This document shows, one piece after another, positions 28,080-40,993 of a stretch of 64,000 nt of DNA. The notes under the pieces are model-generated. The model was not told the DNA's origin, made no database searches, and was given only the letters and a program-made list of their open reading frames with translations. Origin of the DNA: Octopus sinensis. Lineage: Eukaryota. A program made the position numbers and the translations under genes. The stretch covers positions 97,030,001 to 97,094,000 of the forward strand of contig NC_043001.1 of the NCBI RefSeq assembly GCF_006345805.1, written 5' to 3'. Position 1 is the first letter of the stretch, and each line of letters opens with the position of its first letter.

Positions 28080-28760
28080 ATAACTCCTTTGCTTATATAA
28101 TACCCTTGGCGCAGGGCTACAACCATTCTTCATATTTTGTTTTGAATCATGACATATTTGGTAGTGGCTTGAAGTATCTCATCATCTCTCACTCTCTTCA
28201 TCTAGTACAACAGTAAACTGGAATGGTGCTTAGTCTTGACTAATGATTTTTGTTGATATACCGTTGTTGGCTATTCTCTTCCCTACATTTCATTTACTCA
28301 TACCGCTGGCCATAATCGCCGGAGAAGATCATTCAGCATCCAGGCGAGCTTCTGGTATTGACAATGAGCTGATTTCTCTTCCCCGAATACGAAACACTTT
28401 ACAGCGCTGTTACTAAAACGGCAACAACCTTGGGATCTATTTGTATTTCATTTATTCTCCGGACACAACTACCTAGACTGATTCATGCTGCCACATATAT
28501 AACACCCAACACTTCTGCTTTGTTCCATCAACAAAATTGTTTTATTTTCTCCGAAGTGTCCCTGTTGTCGTAAGAGATCATCACGACTTGAAATACCATG
28601 CAATCCAAACCATATAAAACTTTTATCGACCACGTTATCCAGACCATGGAAAATATTTCGTGTTCTTGCTTATGAACTGCACCTATTGCTCCACAATCGT
28701 GAAAATTAACCTAGAATCTACACCGCACTTATTGCCTTATATTATTCCTTTTGTGTTACA
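28080..28760 (-). mobile_element. Possible very old Helitron helicase remnant
   Basis: Weak translated resemblance only (ISYDNRD; KVVAVLVTAL..SYSGKR versus IAVAVASSGIAA.LL.GGRT). Confidence 0.25.
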
Positions 28761-29067
28761 TTGAATCGTGCATTAATGTATGAAGTGAGGAGTTGGTGCT
28801 TCAACTAAAATGTTCCTGTATATATATATTATTGTTGGCGTCATGTTCTTAAGATATAACGGAAATTTTAAATGCCAGAAAATATAAAACCTGAAAATTT
28901 TCTTGTAATTCCCAAGATATTGGCGGCAACTTCCCACAGATAAATGCTCTTTATCCGTAAAGTGGTCGAAAGAAAAGATAAAATATTTTGTAATTATCGA
29001 AAAAGAAAACGGCCATGTCGGATCCAGCAGAAATGCGTCTACCCACAAGAGCAGGCATGACTATTAC

Positions 29068-29141
29068 CTCTTCTTCTTCTTCTTCTTCTTCTTCTTCTTC
29101 TTCTTCTTCTTCTTCTTCTTCTTCTTCTTCTTCTTCTTCTT

Positions 29142-29172
<31 letters not shown>

Positions 29173-29470
29173 TTCTTCTTCTTCTTCTTCTTCTTCTTCT
29201 TCTTCTTCTTCTCTTCTTCTTCTTCTTCTTCTTCTTCTTCTTCTTCTTCTTCTTCTTCTTCTTCTTCTTCTTCTTCTCTTCTTCTTCTTCTTCTTCTTCT
29301 TCTTCTCTTCTTCTTCTTCTTCTTCTTCTTCTTCTTTCTTCTTCTTCTTCTTCTCTCTTCTTATTCTTCTTCTTCTTCTTCTTCTCTTCTTCTCTTCTCC
29401 TCCTCCTCCTCTTCCTCCCTCCTCTCCTACTACTACTACTCCTTATACTTTACTACCACCACACCACACC

Positions 29471-29504
<34 letters not shown>

Positions 29505-29505
29505 T
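29068..29505. repeat. (TTC)n array grading into TCC, TAC and CAC
   Basis: Directly visible; source of ORF 29015-29545. Confidence 0.95.
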
Positions 29506-29566
29506 AATCATCGTCAGCATCTCCATTATCGTTATAATTATGTAAAAGAGTATGGAATATAAGAAT

Positions 29567-29599
<33 letters not shown>

Positions 29600-30622
29600 G
29601 CATGCGTGTACATGTATTTGTATATATGTAAATAGATGTATATGTGTGTGTGTATGTGCGAATATATAGAAATAGGAAATGAAAGAGTGTGGGAGGTAAG
29701 AAAGAAGAGTTTGTATGTGAAAGGAGGATTTTAAAAAGAAACGGATGAATAATATATCTCCTGATTCGAAGAAGTACTGCAAAGCGTTGTAGACGAGTAT
29801 ATTTAACAAATGGTGAAGCTGAAAAGCACTGAGTGACAAAGAAGCAATGGTGTAATGACAGCATTCTTGATAGATAAGTATTTAAAATATATATACGCCG
29901 AGATAATTATAGAATCCATTTGTTCAGAATGAAAATCCATTTTCCTGTTTGAATTTCATTCATATCATTTAACCATTCGTAATTCATTTTTCTATAAACA
30001 GTGAATGCATTTAGGAAGCCACACACAAATACACTAACACATAAACAGACAAACACAAGCACAAATACGTATACATGTATACACACACATATTCACGCTC
30101 GTAGATACAGGCGCATATGTACATACAGATACAACCATGCGGACATATAATCCATCTCTCTCTCTTTCTCTCTCTCTCTCGCTCTTCCATCTCTCTGTCT
30201 CTTTCACTGCCTCTCACTCTTTCTCTCTTCTCTCTTTCGCTTTCTCTGTATCTCTGACTCTCTTAATCTCTCTAATATACAAAACTTTGCAGGGGAACAA
30301 AGCTACCTATACAGCTAGGCAACTATACAACTACATACGTTCTTACAACTAAAGGCAGACGAACAGACAGACAGACGCACGCACACACACACGCGCGTGC
30401 GCAAACAAACAATGAAACAAACGTGCACGCACAAACCCGTACATACCTTTTAAACTTGTGCTCTCTCAGACATTAGACACATCCCCCCCACACACGCACA
30501 TATACACACACACACACACACACGTATATATACGACAGACGTCTTGCATATATATATGTATATATATATATATATATATATAAGTATATATAAGTATCTA
30601 TATATATATATATATATATGTA

Positions 30623-30683
<61 letters not shown>

Positions 30684-31700
30684 TATGATGTATGTATAAG
30701 TAGCAAATGTATAAGGTTAGTATATATTATTACTCTTGTTTGCTATAGTATGTGTGTGTAAGTATATACACACCACACGCACACATACTCAGACTCTCAC
30801 ACTCACACCCACACAATTACACACACATGCACATATCCAAATTGTATGGCGGACAACTGTAGAAATACAGAAAGACTGGAGCTGAAAGCACATTAAATAT
30901 TCATTTTTCTCTTCTGTATACATAGAGATATATATGTTTGTGCGTGTGTGTGTATGTATGTATGCTTGTGGGCATATTCTTTCACTCGTATTTGCAATAT
31001 ACACCTGAAAATTACCAATGATCTCTAGGGGCGGACCTTTGTGTAATGAGCGTGAAATAAGAGACTGGTGCTTAAAAGAATTCAGTTTTGTAAAACTAAA
31101 TCTGAAATACACTGGAGATTTAAACAGATACTTCATTTTTTTCCGTATACAACTTGAATTTCTAACAGAACTCAAGAATTCACGCCATAATATAGAGAAC
31201 AATTAATTATTTTCTTTCTTTCTTTCTTTCTTTCTTCCTTCCTTCCTTCCTTCCTTCTTTCCTTCCTTTCTTTCGTTCTTTCTTTCTTTAGTTATTATTC
31301 ACAATACTCCAGTCCATCCCTTTCTGTAACTAAATTTTAAATGAACAAAAAGTAAATAAATAAATGAATAAATAAAATGAATAAATAAATAACTGGATAA
31401 ATAAATAAATAAAGAAGGTGCAGTCTTCTCGGTGTGCTAGTTATTAATAGTGTTAGGAATTATTCTGAGATGCAGTAATATATTTAGAAATAATTTTAAT
31501 ATCTTCTATACACTAAAGAAAAACATGGCGGACATTTTTAAAGTTGAAAACCTCGAATGAGTTAAATATTATGTAATACAGAATCGCTATCAATGTATAT
31601 ATGTCAATTTGACCAGGTGAGAGAAATACTAAATCGTAGGATCCAGCTAAAGTAACAAGTGTTAATTCTTGAAATATGTTTTTTTTTTTCATAAAGATAT

Positions 31701-31860
31701 ACAGGAGTGGCTGTGTCGTAAGTAGCTTGCTTACCAACCACATGGTTCTGGGTTCAGCCACACTGCGTGGCACCTTGGGCAGGTGTCTTCTGCTATAGCT
31801 TCGGGCCGACCAAAGCCTTGTGAATGGATTTGGCAGATGGAAACTGAAAGAAGCCCGTCG

Positions 31861-31897
<37 letters not shown>

Positions 31898-32122
31898 ATG
31901 TGTGTATGTGTGTGTGTCTGTGTTTGTCCCACCCCAACATCGCTTGACATCCGATGCTGGTGTGTTTACATCCCCGTAACTTAGCGGTTCGGCAAAAGAG
32001 ACCGATAGAATAAATACTAGGCTTACAAAGTATAAGTCCTGGGGTCGATTTGCTCGACTAAAGGTGGTGCTTCAGCATGGCCACAGTCAAATACCTGAAA
32101 CAAGTAAAAGAGTAAAAAGAGT
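31701..32122 (+). mobile_element. Full-length SINE family S1 with a central (TA)n/(TG)n tract
   Basis: tRNA-like head ggagtggctgtgtcgtaag...ggttcagccac, conserved body, and 3' aagtaaaagag tail. Confidence 0.9.
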
Positions 32123-32540
32123 ATTGAGTAATATATTGATAATAAGCACCAAAAGAAACATTGGATACACACACACTCAAATCTTCTATCGTTTATCTTT
32201 TACTCGTTTCAGCCATGCCGAAGCAGTCATGCTGTGTCTCCACCGTGGCCTTGCTCATTTTCTCAGTGCTGGGTGATTCACATTACCATTCCCGCATGTA
32301 ACTGTGTCCTTGCTGCTCGCCTGTCAAACACACACACGCACACACTCACACACACAAACACAAACACACACGCACACATACACACACAAACACAAACACA
32401 CACGCACACATACACACACAAACACAAACACACACACACACGCGCACACACACACACAAACACACACATATATATATATACATATACATGCATATCATAC
32501 ATACATGGTAGTGTGTGAAAAATATACTTAAGCTGCTTTA

Positions 32541-32750
32541 TTTAAGAGATGAGGAATTATTTACATTATCTATATTTGACGGATATTTGTCCTCATGTTG
32601 TTTGTTGTTAACACAAGGTTTCCGATGATATACCCAGGTACGAAATTTCCCCAAGACACCTGATGAAGGCCGGAGGGTATATCAACCGAAACGTTGTGTT
32701 AACAACGAACAAGATGAGGACAAATATCCGTCAAATTTAAATAATGTAAT
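32541..32750. mobile_element. Fold-back copy of hammerhead family A tail
   Basis: Arms atttgacggatatttgtcctcat..ttaacacaaggtttc and gaaacgttgtgttaac..atgaggacaaatatccgtcaaat; hammerhead motif at 32655-32700. Confidence 0.8.
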
Positions 32751-34239
32751 ATTCTTAAGGCTAACATTTACTCACTCGTGAAAAATTCTAGGCTGTCTCA
32801 CTAACTCAGTTCTTAACCAAATTGGAATGGTCACATTCGAAGCTACATTTTCAGCTAGAAAATTTTAAAATTGCTAGGGTAGAAAAAAGTTTTTCAGTAG
32901 TATATGTGAGGTCAAAAGAGGAAAAGTAACGCCTGAATTTGACTCTGTTTCCAAATATATATATATTTTTAATTTAATCTATAATTTTTAATTGAGCTTG
33001 TATGATATAACTTCGTGACAGGAAACTATCCATTTTAGTTATATACAAAAATAATCGGTAGAAAATTATTACTTAGGTAAAAACCGTCGAAAAAAAAATG
33101 ATTAACGCCTAAAATCGATATTGACTCCAAATATTATTTTTATTTCAAAAGAAAACTATATTTAAATTCCAATTTTCTGATATATCTCAAGTATAGGAAT
33201 CCCATGATGCTAATTATATAAAAACAAAATTACATAAAAAAACCAGTGGGTCCAAACGTGCGGAAAATAGTGGTAACACCTTAAAGCAAATTCATTAACT
33301 AAAGATTTCGCTTTGTGTAAAAAAATGTTTTTGTTTAGCTCATATAAAACTCGTCAAGTCTAATGTCGTGGCGCTAATATTTTCAAAAAATATTCAAAAT
33401 GAAACAAAGATATTACATAAGATAATTGAACCAAAAGTACGGAACACAATTTTCAAGTAATGGTATTACAGTAGTAAGTCGAGCTGGCAGGGTCGTTAAC
33501 ACGCTGGGTGGAAGCTCGTCTGTGTCCTTTATCTGCTCGGTACTCGATAAAATGAGCACCAGCTGAGCACTGAGGTCGATGTAATCAACTCCCGTCCCCT
33601 CCAGATTTGATGACCTTCTGTCAAAATTGGAAACCAAAATTCCAAAACGTTTGATTCAATTCAATATCGTGGTATCTTGCAAAGATCTACTTCATATTCA
33701 TAGAATGCACTATATTGTAATAAATATATATTGTAATGAATGGCGGTGTGTGAGTGATGTTCTTAAGGTCAACATTTACTCACTCGCGACGACTTCTGGA
33801 CTTCGTCACTAATTCAGTTTTGTTCCCAAATTTGATGATCCTTATACATTTTTAGATTGGTCATCTCCTAAGCTACATTTTAAGCAGCAAAATTTGAAAT
33901 TTGGTTCAGTAGAAAAAAAGTTGAGACTTAAAATATATGAGGTCAAAAACGGGAGATTATCGTCTGAAATCGACTTCAGGTATATACCCGCGAGGCTGCA
34001 TACATACTTTCGTAAATACACACAGACACCCATACAAACATACTCACACACACACACATGAATGCAGTGCACATACATATACGTAACTTTTAAAAACGCT
34101 CACGAAGGGAAACAAATATGTGACGAATACGTAGCTTTAAGGATGGTGGGGGTAAGCTGACAACAATTGATAAGTGGACTCCATTCTGCTGTCCATCTTA
34201 AATAAGCACTCTTCCACAGACACGCATGCATATACATTC

Positions 34240-34272
<33 letters not shown>

Positions 34273-34307
34273 TGTATGTATGTATGTATGTATGTATGTA
34301 TATATAT

Positions 34308-34341
<34 letters not shown>

Positions 34342-34600
34342 AGTTTAACAATTAAGGATAATCTCTTAATAAGGGATCTTAAAAAGAAATTATCGGGTAG
34401 CTAGCGTGAAAACCTCATAAAAGAAAAGAATTCGAAAATAATTTTTTTCTTTTGAACAAATTAATTATATCTATATTGTATAGAGGGCATTATTACACAT
34501 AAATGCCTCACACTAGGAGGGACAAAGTCATTACTACCAAAATTATACTAATCATACCCAAATGCAGTTTTTCAAAGCAAGACATTTAAAAAATGAATTT

Positions 34601-34657
34601 AGTTCTGTATCACCGTGATTTCACATTCAACTACGTCTAATGATCATCAGCAGAACT
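34601..34657 (-). ncRNA. Type I hammerhead ribozyme motif, copy 1
   Basis: AGUUCUG-CUGAUGA-U-CAUU(AGACGUAGUUG)AAUG-U-GAA-AUCAC(G)GUGAU-A/CAGAACU: 7-bp helix I, intact core, predicted cut between 34608 and 34607. Confidence 0.8.
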
Positions 34658-35077
34658 GATTCTGAACACATCATAAATAAACTACCAACCTTACGTAGCG
34701 AAGACGAACAGACAATGCTCACTCCGGCCAAGCACATGGAATGTTTATAAATCATATATCCGGTAAATGGCGGCTTTTACGAACTGCATGTCGGGTAATG
34801 AAAAGTATTTCGGAATACGTTTAACAATTAAGGATAATCTCTTAATAAGGGATCTTAACAAGAAATTATCGGGTAGCTAGCGTGAAAACCTCATAAAAGA
34901 AAAAAAGAATTCGAAAATAATTTTTCTTTTGAACAAATTAATTATATCTATATTGTATAGAGGGCATTATTACACATAAATGCCTCACACTAGGAGGGAC
35001 AAAGTCATTAATACCAAAATTATACTAATCATACCCAAATGCAGTTTTTCAAAGCAAGACATTTAAAAAATGAATTT

Positions 35078-35135
35078 AGTTCTGTATCACCGTGATTTCA
35101 CATTCAACTTACGTCTAATGATCATCAGCAGAACT
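35078..35135 (-). ncRNA. Type I hammerhead ribozyme motif, copy 2
   Basis: Same as copy 1, but helix II can close with GAC-GUAA-GUU (GNRA loop); predicted cut between 35085 and 35084. Confidence 0.8.
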
Positions 35136-36881
35136 GATTCTGAACACATCATAAATAAACTACCAACCTTACGTAGCGAAGACGAACAGACAATGCTCAC
35201 TCCGGCCAAGCACATGGAAGGTTTATAAATCATATATCCGGTAAATGGCGGGCTTTTTACGAACTGCATGTCGGGTAATGAAAAGTATTTCGGAATAAGT
35301 TTAACAATTAAGGATAATCTCTTAATATATATATATACCACACATCCATACGTAGATACATACATAGTTATTACAGATTAATGTTACTGAGGTTTAAAGT
35401 TTAATCATATTTACCTAATCCGAAAACAGGATTTAGCAGCTGGCATTTTCCGCAAGATAGTTGTCTATCACAAAATGAAAGCAAGATCATTATACGAACA
35501 GGAATTTTTATTAAACAAATGAAAGTAAAGCATTACGACGACGAAAGTTGTAAGACCTTTTGCACTTTTAATAAAATTCTTTTTGTTTGCCTCTAAACGT
35601 TAATTCAATATTAAGAGTTACAGCATTTAGATTATTTTTGCATAGGGTAACTTCATAGTGTTTTGGATTTTCAGAATAGCATGATTCAGATTTTTTTTTA
35701 TTCTCAGGCAAGTTGACAACAGCAGTAGCTTAGGTGCAGGTTTTATTTTACATAAATTTCGAGTAACAAACTAACATTGCCATGACAAGGCCAGGTGGCT
35801 CCTTCTGCCTTACGGTGGCTCTATTGGCTATCTTTGCAAATTCTAAAATTTTATTTTAGCCATGGCTTTACTATTCGTATGATCAAATTCTCTTCTTACT
35901 ATACCGCTAGTATATCCTCATACCTCTTCTTGCTAGCAGTTCTTACTATATATAGATATAGCTAATTTATTTCCTGATTTTATAATAAAATTAGTATTGC
36001 ATTAATATTGACTATTTTATAGAACTTTATTTTTCATAATGAACTTTTGCACTTTCTTTTTCGCGCTTTTGTTTTATGCAGTTTGTTTCAATATGTGGTG
36101 CACCTGAGCACTGTATACAATTATTTCATTATTATAATTATTAAAAAAATTATATACAGTGAAGATACAGGATCTAATATATTTTACAATTATAATTAAA
36201 TTTCTCATTATCGTGAAATATTATTGTGTTTAAATGAAATAAATATACAGGCGAGTTTCATTTAATTCAAATATTTTTAAACCTAAAAAAATGTTATTAT
36301 TTTTATTGCAATGCCTTGAAAAACGTGGATTACAATCAAAACTGCGGGCCCATGCATGATAATATTCTTAAGTTATTACACCTGGAAAAGTGCAGAACAA
36401 GATTTCTTCACTAGAATTTGCCTGATTCGTCACATCTAAAGTAAACTAAAAAGTACTTAAAATTAAAAATTCTACTGTACATAAAATATATCCTAAAGCC
36501 GAAGGATCCATTTCTGATCCAAGAGGCGCATTGGGTAAATTAATTTATATTAGTCCAATAACATATCGAAAGTGTGTATTTAGCCTGACACTGAGCCCAG
36601 CTAGCGTGGATGCTTTTACAAGCCAGCGTTACAGTCAGTCATATACCACTCATTTTCATTTCAATTATTTAACGGTGTAGGAAATACGAACAAGCAATGT
36701 AGTATTTTCGGCTCCATCATATATCTGTTCTTTTCCATACAAAAGAAAATATAAGAACAATGTGGTATTGTTTCATGTTAAAATAATTCATTATTTAGTC
36801 TCAGAAATAGCCAGTATTTATTCATGCTTTGAATTGTCCATATATATATATATATATACACTCACACACAGACACACAGAC

Positions 36882-36926
<45 letters not shown>

Positions 36927-36937
36927 GAATGTGTATT

Positions 36938-36968
<31 letters not shown>

Positions 36969-37025
36969 GTTATGTATATGTTTATATATGTTTATGTATA
37001 TGTATATACATATATATACATATAT

Positions 37026-37076
<51 letters not shown>

Positions 37077-37379
37077 CGCGCGCACACATACATTTTTAAA
37101 ACTTAGCTATTCAGCTGGTGAATAGATCTGAAGAGAGGAAGGAAAAAAACATAAAACAAGGCAGTACAAAAACTCGAAAACTGTCAGCACCTTGTCCAGT
37201 CTCTTGAGAGTACGTACCGTATAAAATATTATTCTGATTGAAGTAGATCGTGCGGCAGAATATGTTATCTCAAAACGGTGGCATATGACAGATGTATTAT
37301 ACTAGCCTCAGGGTTACATAACATAGCTTGTCTCGCAATATTGACAGCAAAGTATGCTGCTACTAGAGCTGGCGATGGT

Positions 37380-37790
37380 GTGACGGCAGTGACGGTTTTG
37401 TTGTTGTTGGTGGTGGTGGTAGTATTGTTGATGGTATTAGTAGTACAGGTGGTGGTGGAGTTGGTGTCAGATGTTGATGTTAAGGGCAATGGCGACAGTG
37501 TTGGCGACCACTGGTAGTCGACTAGCTCATGGCAGTTATGGTTGTGTTTGCTGTTGGTTGCGAGATGGTAGCAGCGGCGTTGGGGTTTGACGGTAATGGC
37601 GATGATGGGGGTGATGATGAAAATGGTGGTGCGGTGGTTCGTAGTGCCGGTGGTCGAAATGAATTTATTACTGGCGAAAGTTGATTGTACTAAGGGGGAC
37701 GTAGTTGGTGTAGGCTTTTATTGGTTGTAGTTGCTGTTATCGTCGTTGTTGCTGTGGTGTTGCTGGTAGCAGCAGACAGACTAGGGTGAT
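37380..37790. repeat. GGT/GTT-rich low-complexity region
   Basis: Directly visible; similar tracts at 38590-39400. Confidence 0.85.
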
Positions 37791-39529
37791 GTTACGGTTG
37801 GTGTCCCTATTAATCTTAGCAGTCAGAGCTAGTAGTTGGGGATACGCCGTAAGCTATAATGATAATGGTTTTGAATACGAATTACTATGGTTACGTGGAA
37901 ACTGCTCTCAACAGATGGCGGTTACAGAGATGGTTCTCTTTGCAAAGTTATTGAGATTTAAGGGGGCGAAATGACAAAATCGTTACCACGCCCTGGGAAA
38001 ATGCTTATCGGAATTTCTTCCGAATTTACGTTTTCTGTTCAAATGCCACCGAGGCCCACTTTGTCTTTCATTCATTTCTGGTGTCACTAAGGCGAGTTCC
38101 ACTTAAGCATCGGGTCGATAAATTTGACCAGCCATTCTCCTCTAAAATTCCAGGTATTGCGCCTAAAGGTGAACGATATTACTGTGGTTTAAGGCTTCGT
38201 GCTTGTAGCATCATTAGCACGCCAGACTGAATTCTTAAGAGCATTTCTTCAGACTTTACGTTCTGAGATAAAATGATACCGTGGTCCATTGTGCCTTTCA
38301 CCCATTTACGGATTCAATAGAGTGGGTAGCATTTGAGCACCTGGATCGATGTAATAGACTTGTGCCCTCATCCAAAATTGCTAGCCTTGTGACATAATTT
38401 AAACAGATATTGCTCACGTTTAAGGTTCTGAACGGGAAATATCATAACACGCCGGACCAAATTCTTGACGGCATTTTGACCCTCTTCACTTTCTGAATTC
38501 AAATTCCGCCGAGGTCCACTTTGATATTCATCCTTTCGGCGTCGGTAAATTAAGTTCAACCCCGGGGGGTGGGGGTTCCATACAATCAACGAAACCCTAC
38601 AACGACGACGACGACGACCACCACCACCACCACCATCACCACCACCGCCACCACCACCACCACCTTCGCCGCCTCCGCCTCCGCCGCCGAAATTGCTGGC
38701 CATGTACGAAAATTTGAAACCATTATTAGTGCAGTTTCATGGTTTGGTGTCGCGGCGGCGGAGGTGTTTGCATTACAGTTGGAAAAACACGATCGGTTGT
38801 GTTGGCGTTTGCATGTGGTATTGTGTATGGCATTGTTGTTCGTGTTGCTGGTAGGGGGGTAGATGTAAAGCCGGTGGTTGTGGTGCTAGCGGTGGTGGCG
38901 GTGTTGTTGTTGTTGTCGGTGGTGGTATTTGTAGAGTGGAGGTTGTATTTTAGGTAATGGTATTTATAGTTGTAACTGTAGTGTCTGTTGATGTTGTTCT
39001 TGTTGTAGATGTTGTGCAGCGTTGATACGTATCGCTTCAAGCAGTCCTATGCTAACTAGGTTGCTAGACAAGCGAAGAGGTATGACCCGCAGATCAATCT
39101 TGCCTGTTACAACGTGTCTCCGCTTAGATGAGAACCGTACTTCACACACTCCGACATGCAGAAATGAGTATGACTATAAATGGAGGTGGCGGTAGTGACG
39201 AGGGTAGCCGTGATGATGGCAGAGGTGGTGGTGATGGCGGCGGCGGCTGTGAAGGTTGCGGCGGTCGTAGGGATGATGGCGGAGGATGGATTGTGTGATG
39301 GTGGGGGTGGTTTCGGCGGGGATGGTTGTGGTGATGCTGGCGGTGGTGGCGGTGGTGCCGACGATGGTGGTTATGACGGCAATGATGGTTGTTTCTGAAG
39401 ATGCAGTAGCATCGTTTCAATGTTTCTCATTGCGTATATGTCTGGTCAATGATTTCTCTTGCTGACAAAATTTACGGAAATTACGTTGATATTCATGGTT
39501 TGGAGACTTATGATGTTTGCGCAAACTGT

Positions 39530-39965
39530 AATATCACAAGTACAATAGATTTCAAAGCCAGCAGTTTAGGGGGAGGGGTAAGTTGATTACATTTTTCCCA
39601 CTCCTCAACAGGTATTAATTTTATTGACACCGAAAGGAAGAGTGGTAAACTCGACCTTAGTGGAATTTGAACTCAGGACTTAAAGATGGACGAAATCCGC
39701 AGTAACGTTTCTTCCAGACAGCCCACTTAATATCTTTATGATATAAATGGTTCATTAATATATAAAGGTAAAATACGTCGAACTGTCAGAATCGTTAGCA
39801 GTCCCGGACAGAATGTTTTGCGGTATTTCGTCCGACTTTACATTCTGAGTTCAAGTTTCGTCGAGGTCCACTTTGCCTATCACCCTTTCGGGGTCGATAA
39901 AATAAGTAACAGTTGAGCATTGGGTTTGATTTAAGCGGCTTACCCTTCCCCCGAAATTCTTATCT
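39530..39965. mobile_element. Two SINE S2 copies in opposite orientation
   Basis: 39530-39720 is minus (aaactcgaccttagtggaatttgaactcag) and 39780-39965 is plus (ttctgagttcaagtttcgtcgaggtccac). Confidence 0.7.
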
Positions 39966-40039
39966 CAAAGCCATGCCTTGCCGAAACGCTTGCAAATAAA
40001 GATAAGAATAAACTAATCTCATTATTTTCGTTATTTATA

Positions 40040-40401
40040 TTTTTAACATTTGACGGATATTTGTCCTCATTTTTTTTGTTGTAAGCACAACATTTCGGCT
40101 GATGTGTCCTCCAGCCTTCATCAGGAGTCGATAACCCAGGTTCAAAATTTCTCCAAGATACCTGATGAAGGCTGGAGACTATATCAGCCGAAAATTAATG
40201 TAAATAATGTATATAATGCAGTTCTATATTTAAGAGATGTGGAATTATGTACATTATTTCCATTATTTGCAATTCACGGATTTTTTCCTCATCTTATTTG
40301 TTGTTAACACAAGGTTTCCGGTGATATACCTTCCAACCTTCATCAGGTGTCTTGGGTAAATTTCGAAATTGGGTTCTCATTCGTAAGGTAATTTTCGATG
40401 T
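40040..40401. mobile_element. Three alternating hammerhead family A tail segments (minus, plus, minus)
   Basis: CTGATGA-A-GGCTG..CAGCC-GAAA on plus at 40162-40193; minus copies at 40084-40129 and about 40305-40350. Confidence 0.8.
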
Positions 40402-40639
40402 TATTATTATTATTATTATTCTATTATTATTATTATTCTTTTGCTTTATGTCTGTACAAGTTGGCTCCAAGTCTCACCCAGAGACCTCAAGAGACAACAG
40501 GTTGGAAGTTCTATGCCATATATTGGGGGGGGGGTTGTGATGTACTAGTGAATGTCTAATACATAAAAATAAATTTTTTAAAAAAATAAATAAATAGATA
40601 AATAAATAAATAAAAAAAAGTTTGTTTTAAACCTTGGGA

Positions 40640-40975
40640 TTACATAGAGAGTATTTTGCGTAGGATATGAGCAGTTCCCATGAGCACTATCTTTTGAATT
40701 TCTGCCATTTTGGGGTTTCCTGGTATCTGAGTTAGGTAGCAAACAGTCCCTTTCGCTATCATTCCCAGGGCACCTATGACAACAGGTATTGTTTTAGTCT
40801 TCAGCTTCCACATTTTGCTGATTTCTATTTCAAGATCTTTATATTTGCTCAGTTTTTGGTAGGTCTTGACAGATACGTTTATATCGATTGGGACAGTCAT
40901 ATCAATGAGGAGGCATGTTCTTTGTCTGAAGTCTTTCAATATGATGTCTGGCCTATTTGCATCTATCTTCCAGTC
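40640..40975 (-). pseudogene. Restriction-like endonuclease C-terminus of the LINE
   Basis: RPDIILKDFRQRTCLLIDMTVPIDINVSVKTYQKLSKYKDL..IPVVIGALG; frameshifted relative to the RT ORF. Confidence 0.9.
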
Positions 40976-40993
40976 AGTTTGAATGGTGAAGTT

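Larger units (their letters stand above)
34341..35326 (-). repeat. Tandem dimer of a 476/480-bp unit plus a 30-bp third start; retrozyme-like
   Basis: Units start at 34341, 34817 and 35297, with about ten differences between units; (TA)n on both sides. Confidence 0.95.

Noticed and set aside
29015-29545. 176-aa poly-Ser/Leu/Phe ORF
   Set aside because: Translation of a (TTC)n microsatellite.
34341-35326. Reading the tandem unit as a decayed Penelope RT fragment (YRIYD, IHFLNVLL, ICSKE, FHASYP in mixed minus frames)
   Set aside because: It needs several frameshifts and the motif spacing is loose, so it is not called. It is not excluded: a translated HMM search would decide, and a hit would mean the hammerhead sits in RT-derived sequence.
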